NCBI GenBank assembly: GCA_013336275.1
Contig: JAAXUA010000002.1
Coordinates: 45,057-109,056, forward strand
Direction: 5' to 3'
Source of the DNA: Candidatus Falkowbacteria bacterium
Lineage (GTDB): Bacteria; Patescibacteriota; Patescibacteriia; Patescibacteriales; GWE2-39-37
DNA length: 64,000 nt
The notes beneath the pieces were generated by a model. The model did no database searches, was not told where the DNA came from, and saw nothing but the letters and a program-made list of their open reading frames with translations. Positions 30,301 to 39,023 of this stretch are shown here, piece after piece. The number at the start of each line of letters is the position of its first letter. Within the stretch, counting starts at the first letter, position 1. The position numbers were made by a program, and so were the translations under genes.

Positions 30301-32768
30301 CAAATACGGCCAGGCTGAAGGGTGATGACAACGCGGATCGGGTGCATATGCGATTTTTCTGTACGGATAATGCCATGATTGAAATCCAGATGGACGACAG
30401 GCAAATACTCCCCGGTGAGTTGTGGCACCAAGTAATGTCGCCCAGAGTGCAGATTCCGAACAATTGTTCCAGAGCATCGGTCCGTTTCTCAGCAGATAAT
30501 GGCATGGAGGGCAATTTCTTTGTCGACGATGTCAAAGTTAAACCGGTGTTGGAGTCTCGTCAGAATGAATATACATCCCAGTCTTGCCGCCTATACCCTA
30601 AATCTGAGGCGAAGTCTTGCCAGTATCAGGACTCCATGGGCATTAGATATAATGGCTGGTATGGCTACTGCTTGGAAAAAGACCGTTACCCAGGCTCTAA
30701 GGATGCCTGCTTGCTTTGGTGGCCAGTAGACAAGATTAACGGTGATCCATTCAGCAAAGAAAATACCTTTAAGGGTTACGATGGCAAATTCCCAGCTTAT
30801 TATTGCGCAGAGCTTGATGGTAATTATCGCTATGTTGAGAAGCGCTCGGCCGCAATGGTGTTGCACCAGACTTCAAGCAAGGCTTGTTTTTGGGGAAATT
30901 TCTTCAATGCCTTGATTCTCGGCGCGACCGGAGGCTGGTCAATTTTAGGCGGCTTCGACATCTTGGGATACAATGGCACCTCGGCCTCTGGTGGACCCTA
31001 CTGTCCGACCGGAGCGGGCTACCTGACCCAGACAGCGAAAGTAGATTGCAGCTGCGGTTTTTGGGATACGGACTGTACTCAGCATTATTATACCTATTGT
31101 TTGCCAGCATCGAGGAAATATGTTGTCAGCAATGCTGGCGAGACTAATAACGAGTGGTCTGGCGGAGCCTGGTATCAATTCAACGGCAGCCTGCTCAAGT
31201 GGCAAGGGCTGGCTGGTCCGGTGACAACCGAAATCGATAATAGTGTAAAAATTCTTGATATGAGCAAGGCTGTGGCGGGCACTAGCGATGGCGAGTTGGT
31301 TGATCCGAGTAAATATGACTTCCTGCCATGTAAGAAGTTCTATCAGACCGTCAGCGAGACCGGGGAAAACAAGGTTTGGCTTGGCCGGTTAGGTGAGGAT
31401 TCGAGATATTCTCCGCTTGGTCTCGGCTACCAATTCAAGCAGGATGATGCACCCTTCGGTTCAGCTGTGCCGCCAAGCCCCGAAGACAATCCGTATGATT
31501 GGGATGGCCACTCTAAGACCGGCCGTCAACCGATTTCATTCAAGTTGCCGGAAAGTCAGGAAGTCAGGGCTGGCTCGCCCTATGCCTGTACTGGTGCAAA
31601 GTGTTCCCAGGTTGGTCATTGCGCCGATAGCGGCAGAACTTGTGTTTCATTAACCACTGTTACAGAACCTATTGATTTATGCGCAACCCTAGGAGCCGCC
31701 GGTACCGTTTCTGGCGCCGCCTACGCAACTCCAAATCTTTGTTATACGGCTGAAAATACTCAGGTAGTTCCAGTGAATGTTATGTCAACTGAGTGTACTA
31801 GGATTGCCACCGGCCTTGCCTGTACTCCTCAGAGTACAGCTGGCTGTAACTGCATATCGCAGCCTACTGGCTTGCCTGGTCCTGCTCCTGCAAATGCTAC
31901 AATTTGCCGAAATGCTGCCAGTGCCTACTGCGACCCGGGTGTTTGTAGCGGTCCTGTGGGAGCGGCGTCCTGCAACACTGTGGTTATAGGCGTGACCAAC
32001 GTTACCACAGCCGCAGCTGGCGGCCCCTCTGACAACTTGGCAATGATTTACCCGTCGTCAGCCTCGACAACCAACCCAAATGCCAGAACCTGGACCTCAC
32101 CGGAGTATGCCTGTGAATATGGCGAAGAGTGTGTAATCACGCCGCAGCCAGATTGGCCAGTAGCAGCTCCTCAGGTTGCCAGAACAGCAGCTCAGACCTA
32201 CCCGGCCTTGGAAAATTTGAAGCGCATGTTCGCTAAGAATTATGGCGTGTGGGTTTGGAATCCTGCTACTAAACATTATGAGAAAGATAACAATCCGGTT
32301 GAAAATTGGGACATCAACAACGATCCAGCAGCAGGTTTCTGCGCCTCCCCAAGACCAGCCTGGGTTCCTGCCGTGACCAATGACTATTGCCGCATCAGAC
32401 CTACAGTCGACAATGTGCTGGTAGATAAGAGTGTTGTTCACAAGGGGGATAATGTCATATTGACATTCAATTCCCATGTTGACGTCAACCAACTGCCAGT
32501 CGTATATTACAAGATTGTTTGGGGTGACGGAAAGCCTGATACGGTTGTTACGGGTGAATTCAGCGATCGACCGAACGCTAATAACCCCCATGTTGTCACG
32601 CATCGCTATGAATATAATGATATCCAAGGCTGCTCGACCGATCCTTGCGGTGACACTAATGGCGATGGTGTGTCTGATACATTAAGGCCGACAGTTATTC
32701 TGATGGATAACTGGGGCACTGAAAGCCTCACCGCAACAGGTCCTGTGGTATCGGTATTCTCGAATTAA
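24342..32768 (+). CDS. Giant (2808 aa) Cys-rich secreted/surface protein with CBM-like jelly-roll domains and a PKD-like C-terminus
   Basis: Signal/TM at the N-terminus; dense Cys spacing; four N..FE-type domain starts (NLLLNSSFEE, ILSNSDFED, NLIFNNDF, NVYNGNME); IVWGDG..VTHRY near the end. Confidence 0.85.
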   Translation: MPTPKKNGALKISIIFFLLLVGQFFVIRAIFAAGAFQTPSLEVNPAYKAADTQAEATVPDFSAIKIQAPELKYIPALNKKYSLLAQDTNKGFFERKLDQLTSWFQEDLWEEVILAGGSKALGSAMRSALNTIAMDTATWLGSGGNGQKPLFYTEGWGAYLTNVADNAAGTFVEQLGKQNGYAKFNLCKPNFALQMKIGLGLVQSVKPSAPACTFTKLVSNWENELTSEDFMQKIQSSFDPNNNDFGVAFSLQTGMFQQIAEDKYSKLLTREEGQGYVNDPTGKISGALGIPIASEVERKNVLDSGMKANAITQYTGYALVDAANVFINQLAVTAFNELMKKLGGKSYTSSYGNWNSLISNFSAGPDATIGGGITATKNQLRKIVEPQFNVRGDYNILSELSSCPKPDRAGPTNCVIDEKFKQGILDKKTVAEAVRLGYLNGEKVVGFSSDGVEPRYTDAYPYRTLLILRKFRILPVGWEIAAQYIRDNLDSTKPNGVGPKTLADLMACFDQNDEFPGYFAAWCQGLVDPHWLLKAPLNYCRREGPGPENISDDDSTLVRNDKYCADEQSCIKEKADGSCEYYGYCTEERRKWKFNTDSCEPLYNTCQTFKKEDGASVSYLKNTLDYSGCTVDNAGCTDYCTAYNFSTGKYSCTASSTGNKVFLDRDAQSCDSKSEGCTSFIRARDGLGANLLLNSSFEEDLANGTWSAIGATSSDAFSGFSSLLLNPGVMTKNFSAGPGLAYVGGEYNVEGESYTISLYSKNCPAGSTISLKDGANTESASIESGGTWQLFSLSHVFLSSGPSFDFEFNTPAGSSCLIDAIKMEKSIGATPYSDYGATGLITEKYAPSYLGCDGVADPAECKDFARSCKFEEVGCELYTPTNGGLPVPGKVKPGDYCVAECVGFDTYLQSQTTFDSLRPDYFIPKTAKSCSAELNGCDQFTNLDKLGSGAEATEYYSYLRQCVTSGGTQFYTWEGSNETGFQLKVVSLKADDDTDDVPLDLDGNPVTPDIADYVGDPAVTGTRALEVAKCNEKIYQLKQTDPGYNPDCREYYNTAGVKSYHLYSQTISEDSNCHPYRRTEVNIDPSITLQAACVGADKNWNASTTECAVCINGGVWNAQQGACIYQAIPGQGTQCSAAANGCREYTGNTGQTVKILSNSDFEDSTLQGWASFNGADVPILSTESINMGGHSLYVKTTANNQGVVLAMPTSTMLTGSSYAITLIAKTRTPVNLKVRSTNAAAANVDFIGIGALTADWQMYRANLSDMTVIDPINLIIEADVPAEFFVDNIKLSEISNRFYLLKNSWNTPETCNQDLNKKPYPLYMLGCNEYKDRDNLTYYLRSFSYLCKDDAIGCELMVDIHNSTNPKSENFNTGTAQTEDDLTVLADNYIYAVYDKKKLCKSEDVGCQRLGKPYDYSGERLHSDVYLKNNPDNYKTAMCDYPGLSCDEYSSDDSVSYFKNPYDLACEWRPGPKNVYSWYKKRVNRCDVNNDGSGEGALCADNAGCSAAPGYVGVACTQSSQCNPATPAPQNNVCDKGVCRSACSEDRVDHLCSTDFGINPKTFGIGTGQRTSQPTRDVGGTNWVGLCPAEESSCTELVDPKSSFNQNLIFNNDFAQNINLADEPNRDGWPGNVQGVKLDANTLYILSGTGNAGSSVTVGNCTSASGGSNVSLLSANTNTLNAPQAAITLNLGANPVKTSLAFYSNNSIKCQISIVPAGVVTNLDLGLYKAAVDYQLDKGLDATGCNGLVDQSQGCVLFNKRSQDGASVLNLNYDADTSSSTPSINAGLERDSNVLLKVAPDRICDKWLSCRSSVTLKDQDGNDKNVCLDIALCNQFGFDGGCNGTISKDRNNQTYNYPNLGGGLLSASQVGNISGYAKVGKNQAGQTDAQIPFGSMIQYGAAANVYNGNMELAGDDGYPVGWKYYNSNDVWDEKSFKVINTVAGVQNEGVGSAPEGNGILKLGVRHEITSNSFTVKGGEFYVLQTMANTARLKGDDNADRVHMRFFCTDNAMIEIQMDDRQILPGELWHQVMSPRVQIPNNCSRASVRFSADNGMEGNFFVDDVKVKPVLESRQNEYTSQSCRLYPKSEAKSCQYQDSMGIRYNGWYGYCLEKDRYPGSKDACLLWWPVDKINGDPFSKENTFKGYDGKFPAYYCAELDGNYRYVEKRSAAMVLHQTSSKACFWGNFFNALILGATGGWSILGGFDILGYNGTSASGGPYCPTGAGYLTQTAKVDCSCGFWDTDCTQHYYTYCLPASRKYVVSNAGETNNEWSGGAWYQFNGSLLKWQGLAGPVTTEIDNSVKILDMSKAVAGTSDGELVDPSKYDFLPCKKFYQTVSETGENKVWLGRLGEDSRYSPLGLGYQFKQDDAPFGSAVPPSPEDNPYDWDGHSKTGRQPISFKLPESQEVRAGSPYACTGAKCSQVGHCADSGRTCVSLTTVTEPIDLCATLGAAGTVSGAAYATPNLCYTAENTQVVPVNVMSTECTRIATGLACTPQSTAGCNCISQPTGLPGPAPANATICRNAASAYCDPGVCSGPVGAASCNTVVIGVTNVTTAAAGGPSDNLAMIYPSSASTTNPNARTWTSPEYACEYGEECVITPQPDWPVAAPQVARTAAQTYPALENLKRMFAKNYGVWVWNPATKHYEKDNNPVENWDINNDPAAGFCASPRPAWVPAVTNDYCRIRPTVDNVLVDKSVVHKGDNVILTFNSHVDVNQLPVVYYKIVWGDGKPDTVVTGEFSDRPNANNPHVVTHRYEYNDIQGCSTDPCGDTNGDGVSDTLRPTVILMDNWGTESLTATGPVVSVFSN

Positions 32769-32769
32769 G

Positions 32770-33354
32770 ATGTTAGAATTAAATCAACAACAAGCGGCGT
32801 TGGATTTGCGTTTGGCGCAAGCGGCTGAGCGTAACAGTGTCGAGCCCGAGGAGTCAGTTGTTGAACGACCGGAGATGTCATTGCGCCAAAGGCGTCTGTT
32901 GGCCAAAAAACAAGAAGATCAAATCAGTAAGGTCGCAGCCAACAAGCTGTCCAGTGGAGGTGGGGAAACGGCAAGTCAAGGCGTTAAATTCGCTACCGCC
33001 AGGCTGCTGCGCGCTGCCTGGATGAGCGAAGGCACGATCGTCGGCTTTCTTCTGGGGCTGGTTTACATCAATATCCACGTTTTTCTGCGCATGGTGCTTG
33101 GTCCGAATATGTTTTGCAAGCTTGGCGAGGAGTGGTCGCTTGGCAAGACGGGGACAGCTGGCAAGACCGCCAGTACCGGGTTGTTTTTGGTTGAAGCGAT
33201 GCAGCTTATCCTTTTTGATTTGTTGATTTTGGCCATATTGGCTTTCGTCTGTTTCTGGCTTTACTTACTAGCCCAACTTATCACGAGTCCATGGGAAACG
33301 ATACAGCAAAACGGGTGGGAATTTTTCAAGTCATTGTGGGACTTAATGAGATAA
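32770..33354 (+). CDS. Hypothetical membrane protein
   Basis: Two hydrophobic segments; starts 1 nt after the giant gene. Confidence 0.75.
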   Translation: MLELNQQQAALDLRLAQAAERNSVEPEESVVERPEMSLRQRRLLAKKQEDQISKVAANKLSSGGGETASQGVKFATARLLRAAWMSEGTIVGFLLGLVYINIHVFLRMVLGPNMFCKLGEEWSLGKTGTAGKTASTGLFLVEAMQLILFDLLILAILAFVCFWLYLLAQLITSPWETIQQNGWEFFKSLWDLMR

Positions 33355-33363
33355 CACGACAAA

Positions 33364-36045
33364 ATGAAAAAAGCTATAAAAAAGTTGAAAGATCATAAAA
33401 TCAAGGCAGTCGTTTTTCTTTTGTTCTGTGCTTCATTATTCTTGGGACAGCATGTTTATGCTGTCTCTGGTGAGGATAAGTTGAGTACGGTTTTTGGCGC
33501 AGTCGGCGTTGCCGTTACTACGGTTGTGGGTATTTTTGCTTATTTGCTAACCACCGTTTTCGGCCTGGCCTTAACGGCCATGGCAGCCCTCTTGGTCCAG
33601 GTTGCTCTGTACAGCGACATAATCAATGTTCCGGCAGTTAGGGAGGGGTGGGTCATTATCCGTGATTTGTGCAATATGTTCTTCGTGCTGATTTTCTTGA
33701 TCATCGCTTTTGCGACGATTTTGCGAATAGAGAATTACAGCGCTAAACGGCTGTTGCCCAAGCTGATTATAATGGCTATCTTGATTAATTTTTCCAAGAC
33801 TATTTTCGGCTTGTTGATTGATTTTTCACAGATCGTCATGTTGACCTTTGTGGTCGCCTTTAAGAATGGGGGCGGCTGGTTCATGGATGCGTTCAGAGTG
33901 CAGAAGTGGTATTCCTTTAACATGAACGATAAGGACTCGAGCGCGGCTACTCAATGGGGAACTGTCGTTGCTATGGTTTTGTCCGTATTTGCAGCTGCTG
34001 TTGCATTGATAATGGTGATGGTCATTCTTGCGGTTCTAGTTATACGTATTGTCATGCTTTGGATTTATACTATTTTATCACCTTTTGTGTTCCTGGGCTG
34101 GGCCTTCCCGCCAGTCGGCAAATATACCGAACAGATTTGGACTGACTTCATTAAGCAGCTTATTGTCGGTCCTGTGCTGGCTTTTTTCCTGTGGCTAGCA
34201 TTGGCCTTTGGAACAGCAAGTTCCAGCACCATGTCATTATCGGCCAGCAGCACAGAGGTTTGCGCCGGCGTTAGTGGTATGTTTTGTACAGGTGAATTAC
34301 AGAAGTTTATTATCATGCTTGGCATGATGGTGGGTGGGCTTATTACTGCCCAATCTGTGGGTGGCGCAGGCGCCAAGGCTGTCAACTGGGGCACTAATAA
34401 GATTAAGAGCGGTCAGGCCTGGGCTGGCAACAAGTTTAATCGTGGCTTCCAAGATGTAACCCGTATCAGCGCTGCAAAGGAGTACTATTCACAGTACCGA
34501 GCCTCTAAAGAGGGTGCCAGAACGGAAAAAATTCAGCTGCAGGCCAATCAGATGGCTTATGGTGTTGGCAAAGCAAAAGAAATGACAGTTGGCAAGGTGA
34601 GCGGTTTTGCAACTGAGCAGTGGGGTAGATTCGGCGGCAATAGTGCCAAGAAATTGCGTGACACCAACAATAAGGATCGGGTTAAGATGCAAGAACTGAA
34701 TGAAGGCAAGGGCTTGGCATTTGAAAAGGCAAAAGATCGCCTTGCATCTAACATGATGAGTCAACGTACGGTGACCATAGGTAACGAAAGGTATGGCCGG
34801 ACCGGGACGGGCTGGACTGATAATACTGGGCGCTATTTTGAGGACGGCGCAATAAAAGAGAAGCTTATTAAGACTGACCAATTCAAGGCTCAGTTAACTC
34901 CAGTGATACAACAAAGGCAGGCTACTCTTCAGCGGCACATGGATCGTCGAGAGTCTTTGGCTCAGTCTGCTCAAGCTAGACAGAAGAGATTTGATCGTTT
35001 GGGTAAACTCGGCTTAGCCGCAACACTTGGTGCGGCTACCGGCGGTGCAGCCCTAGCTGGCGGCGCCTTGGCAGCTTCAGCTGGTCTTGGTGCGGTAGCT
35101 GCTGCCCCGATGGCATATGGATCACTTGGTGAAATGGGCAAAAGGTTCAAGGGCGCTGGCAAGACTGACGGCAATTTAGTTTCTAAATTTAGAATTGAAC
35201 AGATTACTAAGGCCAAGGGAGACATGAAGGATGATAATCACGGCACTGTTTTGGCAAATATCAATGATGAAAGCAAGAGTGCTTTTGTTAGGCTGGCAGC
35301 TGTCATGGAAGCAATGGACCGTCATTTGCTCAGCCAACAGGACGTTAACAGATACCGCAACATATTCCAAGGAAAATTAGGAGGACCGAATGTCGCTCCA
35401 GATGCTGCAGCTCAGCCATGGGCCGACAAGAAAATCAACAGCCGTTTCGAAGCTATTGTTGATAAGAATTATAAAGGCGCTAGTCTCGGATGGCACACTG
35501 CCCAAGACCAAACTCCAGGAAAACAGGATGATGCACGCAGGGCTCAGCTTTCGATTCAGGATGATTTTGCAAGTGGCGACGTCAAGTTAAAAGATCTGGG
35601 TGTGGATGCCTTGCGTGACTCAATAAATCAATTGGCCTTGGGCATGAAGAATGGGCAGTTCGTTAAAGAGTATAAAGATCTTAACCCTGCCAAACAGCAA
35701 GCGCTTATCGATGCTCTTGATAGAAATACTACTTATGAGGCAAAGGCAAAACTGGCTTTTGTAACGAATATCCAAAGAGCCTTTAGAAATGATCAGGCTG
35801 GGGCAACACGATTCATGCAAGGTTTGAGCGTCAAGCAAATCAAGGAAATATTCGAAGAGGAGTCTGACCCTGCGAAAACCAACGCCATAAGATCAGCGGT
35901 CGGGGGTGATCAGAATAATCTTTCGCAAAACGTCAGGCTTTATATCAATGGCAACAGTGCTGCGGCGCAGCAGATGAGAGCCGATCTGGGAGTCGGACAA
36001 CCTGCTGCTCCGAACCCGCCTCAAAATCAGAATCAGATTCCTTAA
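33364..36045 (+). CDS. VirB6/TrbL-like polytopic membrane protein with a long C-terminal tail
   Basis: GWVIIRDLCNMFFVLIFLIIAFATILR..LLPKLIIMAILINFS; LVIRIVMLWIYTILSPFVF..W; Ala/Gly-rich tail. Confidence 0.8.
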   Translation: MKKAIKKLKDHKIKAVVFLLFCASLFLGQHVYAVSGEDKLSTVFGAVGVAVTTVVGIFAYLLTTVFGLALTAMAALLVQVALYSDIINVPAVREGWVIIRDLCNMFFVLIFLIIAFATILRIENYSAKRLLPKLIIMAILINFSKTIFGLLIDFSQIVMLTFVVAFKNGGGWFMDAFRVQKWYSFNMNDKDSSAATQWGTVVAMVLSVFAAAVALIMVMVILAVLVIRIVMLWIYTILSPFVFLGWAFPPVGKYTEQIWTDFIKQLIVGPVLAFFLWLALAFGTASSSTMSLSASSTEVCAGVSGMFCTGELQKFIIMLGMMVGGLITAQSVGGAGAKAVNWGTNKIKSGQAWAGNKFNRGFQDVTRISAAKEYYSQYRASKEGARTEKIQLQANQMAYGVGKAKEMTVGKVSGFATEQWGRFGGNSAKKLRDTNNKDRVKMQELNEGKGLAFEKAKDRLASNMMSQRTVTIGNERYGRTGTGWTDNTGRYFEDGAIKEKLIKTDQFKAQLTPVIQQRQATLQRHMDRRESLAQSAQARQKRFDRLGKLGLAATLGAATGGAALAGGALAASAGLGAVAAAPMAYGSLGEMGKRFKGAGKTDGNLVSKFRIEQITKAKGDMKDDNHGTVLANINDESKSAFVRLAAVMEAMDRHLLSQQDVNRYRNIFQGKLGGPNVAPDAAAQPWADKKINSRFEAIVDKNYKGASLGWHTAQDQTPGKQDDARRAQLSIQDDFASGDVKLKDLGVDALRDSINQLALGMKNGQFVKEYKDLNPAKQQALIDALDRNTTYEAKAKLAFVTNIQRAFRNDQAGATRFMQGLSVKQIKEIFEEESDPAKTNAIRSAVGGDQNNLSQNVRLYINGNSAAAQQMRADLGVGQPAAPNPPQNQNQIP

Positions 36046-36052
36046 TAAAAAT

Positions 36053-37138
36053 ATGAATACAAATATCTCTAATTTTTTCAGCAAGATTTCTAAATATCCC
36101 GAAGAGGTCCAGTTTTATTTTGAATCGAAGTCACTGGTGATAGCGGTGGCAGATTTAGCAGAAAAATATAATCTTGCAGCAGGTTCATTAAATGAATTGA
36201 TGTTGGATTTAGCGGTCGATGATTTTGACTTGGCAAAGTTGCCAAAAAAAATAGAATCAAAATTTTTTTCAGCCGTTGGGGAGAAGCAGGGTGATTTATT
36301 GAGAGATTTTTTTGGGGTTTTATTGCTGCCCTTATCTGCATTTTTAAAAAATGTAAATATAAAGCAGGAATTTGCTAAAATTGGAGGTCATGAAGATGAG
36401 TATGCGATTTATCTTGAGGAGTTCAATAATGAATTAGAAGAAGAGCTGCTGGATGCTTTGGATGAGTATATGGATGAATATGAAAAAACTATTGATTTAA
36501 AAAGCGAAGCTTCAGCTTCATTGGAACTTTTTTCCTTCAATTTTGTCGACGTGATAAAATCTAGCTCATCTGAAACCTTGTCTTCGCTCAATGCCGGACT
36601 GATTTATCTTTTAAATCATCAGGCAGATTTTAAGGATGAGTTAGTCAAACGACTTGTTACAAACCAGGAGAGGTTGACAGCAAGCAACATTAATATTGAC
36701 GGGAAGGCAGTTGAGCCGAGTATAGCTAATTGGATAAAGGATTTTATACAGAAGAATGGCAGTAGTTATTTCAATAATATTTCTCTGACTGAGTATCTTA
36801 CAAATTCTGAGAATACCAAGCAGCTTTCAGGTCAAGAAAGAACTTTGCTCGGTGACGTTTTTGAAACTTACAGAAATTTGAAGTTTTTCCCCCAAAGCAT
36901 GGAAGCTTTGCCTGCACATAAGTGGGCTATCGTGCCACATAACCGCCCCGAACAGAAGAAGGCAAGCCTGGCTAAACGAGTTGAAGTGATTAAGAAAAAT
37001 GAAAATGTACCGCTCATTACGGAAGAAAAAAAAGAACAGACAAGGGCAGAGGAGCTTAAGAAGATGTCTGAATCTTTTCCGCCCAATAGCCTCGAACGGC
37101 GGGCTATTGAGCAGGAAATTGCAAGTTTGAATAAATAA
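36053..37138 (+). CDS. Hypothetical cytoplasmic protein (AT-rich gene) in the T4SS-like locus
   Basis: 361-aa acidic helical ORF with tight operon spacing. Confidence 0.8.
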   Translation: MNTNISNFFSKISKYPEEVQFYFESKSLVIAVADLAEKYNLAAGSLNELMLDLAVDDFDLAKLPKKIESKFFSAVGEKQGDLLRDFFGVLLLPLSAFLKNVNIKQEFAKIGGHEDEYAIYLEEFNNELEEELLDALDEYMDEYEKTIDLKSEASASLELFSFNFVDVIKSSSSETLSSLNAGLIYLLNHQADFKDELVKRLVTNQERLTASNINIDGKAVEPSIANWIKDFIQKNGSSYFNNISLTEYLTNSENTKQLSGQERTLLGDVFETYRNLKFFPQSMEALPAHKWAIVPHNRPEQKKASLAKRVEVIKKNENVPLITEEKKEQTRAEELKKMSESFPPNSLERRAIEQEIASLNK

Positions 37139-37145
37139 AACAATT

Positions 37146-38576
37146 ATGAGTTTCGATTATTTGAGAAAATTCAACGAGCTGCCGGCCGAAGTCAAGGCGG
37201 CGGCTTCTTCGCCTGAAGCGATGGCTTCTTTGGATGAATTGGAAGAGAAGTACCACGTCAACCTGGCCAGCTTGGTCATGCGCATCCTGGTCAAGGAGGT
37301 CAGATTGGCCGAATTAGACAATCATTTATTGATAGATTTGAAGATGGGTCCGGCCGAGGCGGTCGCAGTTGCTGCCGCCCTAAGGGAGAAGATCCTGTCG
37401 CCAGCAATGAAATATCTTATGACCGAGAGCCCGACTCCAGTGGCTAAAGGACAGGAATTGGTTGAAATCGAGCACAATCTTCCTGACGCTCCAGCCAATC
37501 ATAGCCATGCCGAGGAGGAGGTTTTGGATCTTTCTCAGGAATTGAAAGAGCTTAATCGGGAAAAGACTTTACAGCTAGACCTCAAGACCGGAAGACAGGA
37601 TGATATTTTCAATGAAGAAGATGAAACGGAAATTAAAGTTCTGACAGAGCAGATGGATGTCATTGAAAAACCGGCCACGGACCCGACCGAAGAAAATCTA
37701 TCCAAGCTGATCGAAGAGTGTAAGATCAGTTTTTCCAGCCAAATCCTAGTCGACCGTTTCAGGCAGATATTCAGCACCTATTTGAAAGGCATTCGGAAGA
37801 AGATTGAGACTAAAGATGCCATGCTCAAGCCGATTGAGGCGGGTGGGCTGAATCTTGATGATGCGGAAATAGAACGCATCATGCAGCTGGCCCAGAAGTA
37901 CGTGGCGGTCGATGGAGATGCAAAAATGGAGCAACCGAAAAAGATAGTATTGCCTGAGGACAAGCTGGCTTCCGACAGAATGGCCGTGCTAAAGGAGATT
38001 GGAGCTCGTGATGTTGAGTACGACTTAGGCAAAGCGATAGAGGAGCGCAAGAATCAGGCTCAGCCGAGTGATGGCCAAAAGGCGCAGGCAGAGACGGCAG
38101 CACCTCAACCAGCTCCCGCCGCACCAGTAGCGGCAACAATCCAGTTAAAACCTCAACTGCCCGCCGAACCGGCCAAAAAGACATTCTCGTTTTTTCGCAA
38201 TTCTGATGCCATCGGCAAAAAGAAGATGGAAGACGTCAAATTCGTCCCCAAGACTATGGGTCCGATCGATGAGCTGCGCTTCATGGATACCGTGAGCTTT
38301 CGTCGATTGGGCAAGGTGGCGGCTGAAAGTACAGCTAAGCTCAGGGACAAAATTACTCTTTTGGAAAAAGAGCAATATGCTAAAAAGTTAGAGGGCATCA
38401 AGGCTTGGCGGCAAAGCCCGTTGAATCAGCTGTATGTCTCAATGACGCAAAATGCGCTAAGTCAAGGGTTGAGTATCGACCAGGTAATCACCCAGAAAAG
38501 CCAGGCCAATGAGGACTGTTTGAATCAGGCCGAGTTTGAGGCTATAATGAAGTTAAATCAAGAGTTAAGATTCTAG
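37146..38576 (+). CDS. Hypothetical cytoplasmic protein in the T4SS-like locus
   Basis: 476-aa ORF; Pro/Ala linker; C-terminal GPIDEL..FRRL..GIKAWRQSPL domain. Confidence 0.8.
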   Translation: MSFDYLRKFNELPAEVKAAASSPEAMASLDELEEKYHVNLASLVMRILVKEVRLAELDNHLLIDLKMGPAEAVAVAAALREKILSPAMKYLMTESPTPVAKGQELVEIEHNLPDAPANHSHAEEEVLDLSQELKELNREKTLQLDLKTGRQDDIFNEEDETEIKVLTEQMDVIEKPATDPTEENLSKLIEECKISFSSQILVDRFRQIFSTYLKGIRKKIETKDAMLKPIEAGGLNLDDAEIERIMQLAQKYVAVDGDAKMEQPKKIVLPEDKLASDRMAVLKEIGARDVEYDLGKAIEERKNQAQPSDGQKAQAETAAPQPAPAAPVAATIQLKPQLPAEPAKKTFSFFRNSDAIGKKKMEDVKFVPKTMGPIDELRFMDTVSFRRLGKVAAESTAKLRDKITLLEKEQYAKKLEGIKAWRQSPLNQLYVSMTQNALSQGLSIDQVITQKSQANEDCLNQAEFEAIMKLNQELRF

Positions 38577-38579
38577 GGT

Positions 38580-39014
38580 ATGCAACAATTCACGGTACCT
38601 CAGTTTATCGATGTTGAAGATAAGATTATCGGCCCGATTACCACGCGCCAATTCGTTATTATCCTGGCATCATTTTTGATTATCGCTTTGTGTTACAGAT
38701 TGTTTGATTTTTCAGCCTTCATTTTTTTCGGAATAATTATTTTTGCAATTATGATTGTGCTGGCATTCGTGAAGATCAACGGCCGACCGTTTCATTTTTT
38801 TATGTTGAATGTCATCCAGACCTTCAAGCGACCAAAGACCAGAATCTGGCTCAAGGACGAAAGCGTCGAATCTTCGGTCGAAGCAGAAGATCCTTCACTT
38901 AAACGGTTCGAACCTGTTCCGGTCAAGGAGTACACTTTGGGCGGTTCCAGGCTGGATGAGATGTCATTGATCGTCGATACGCAGGGCGCTTACCGAGGCG
39001 AAATCAGAAAATAA
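38580..39014 (+). CDS. PrgI family (VirB3-like) membrane protein
   Basis: MQQFTVPQFIDVEDKIIGPITTRQF, two TMs, KINGRPF. Confidence 0.88.
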   Translation: MQQFTVPQFIDVEDKIIGPITTRQFVIILASFLIIALCYRLFDFSAFIFFGIIIFAIMIVLAFVKINGRPFHFFMLNVIQTFKRPKTRIWLKDESVESSVEAEDPSLKRFEPVPVKEYTLGGSRLDEMSLIVDTQGAYRGEIRK

Positions 39015-39023
39015 AAAGCAATT

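Noticed and set aside
24342..32768. Diversity-generating retroelement target or intein in the giant protein
   Set aside because: No reverse transcriptase, no TR/VR adenine-mismatch repeat pair and no intein end motifs noticed; a self-alignment would be needed to exclude this fully
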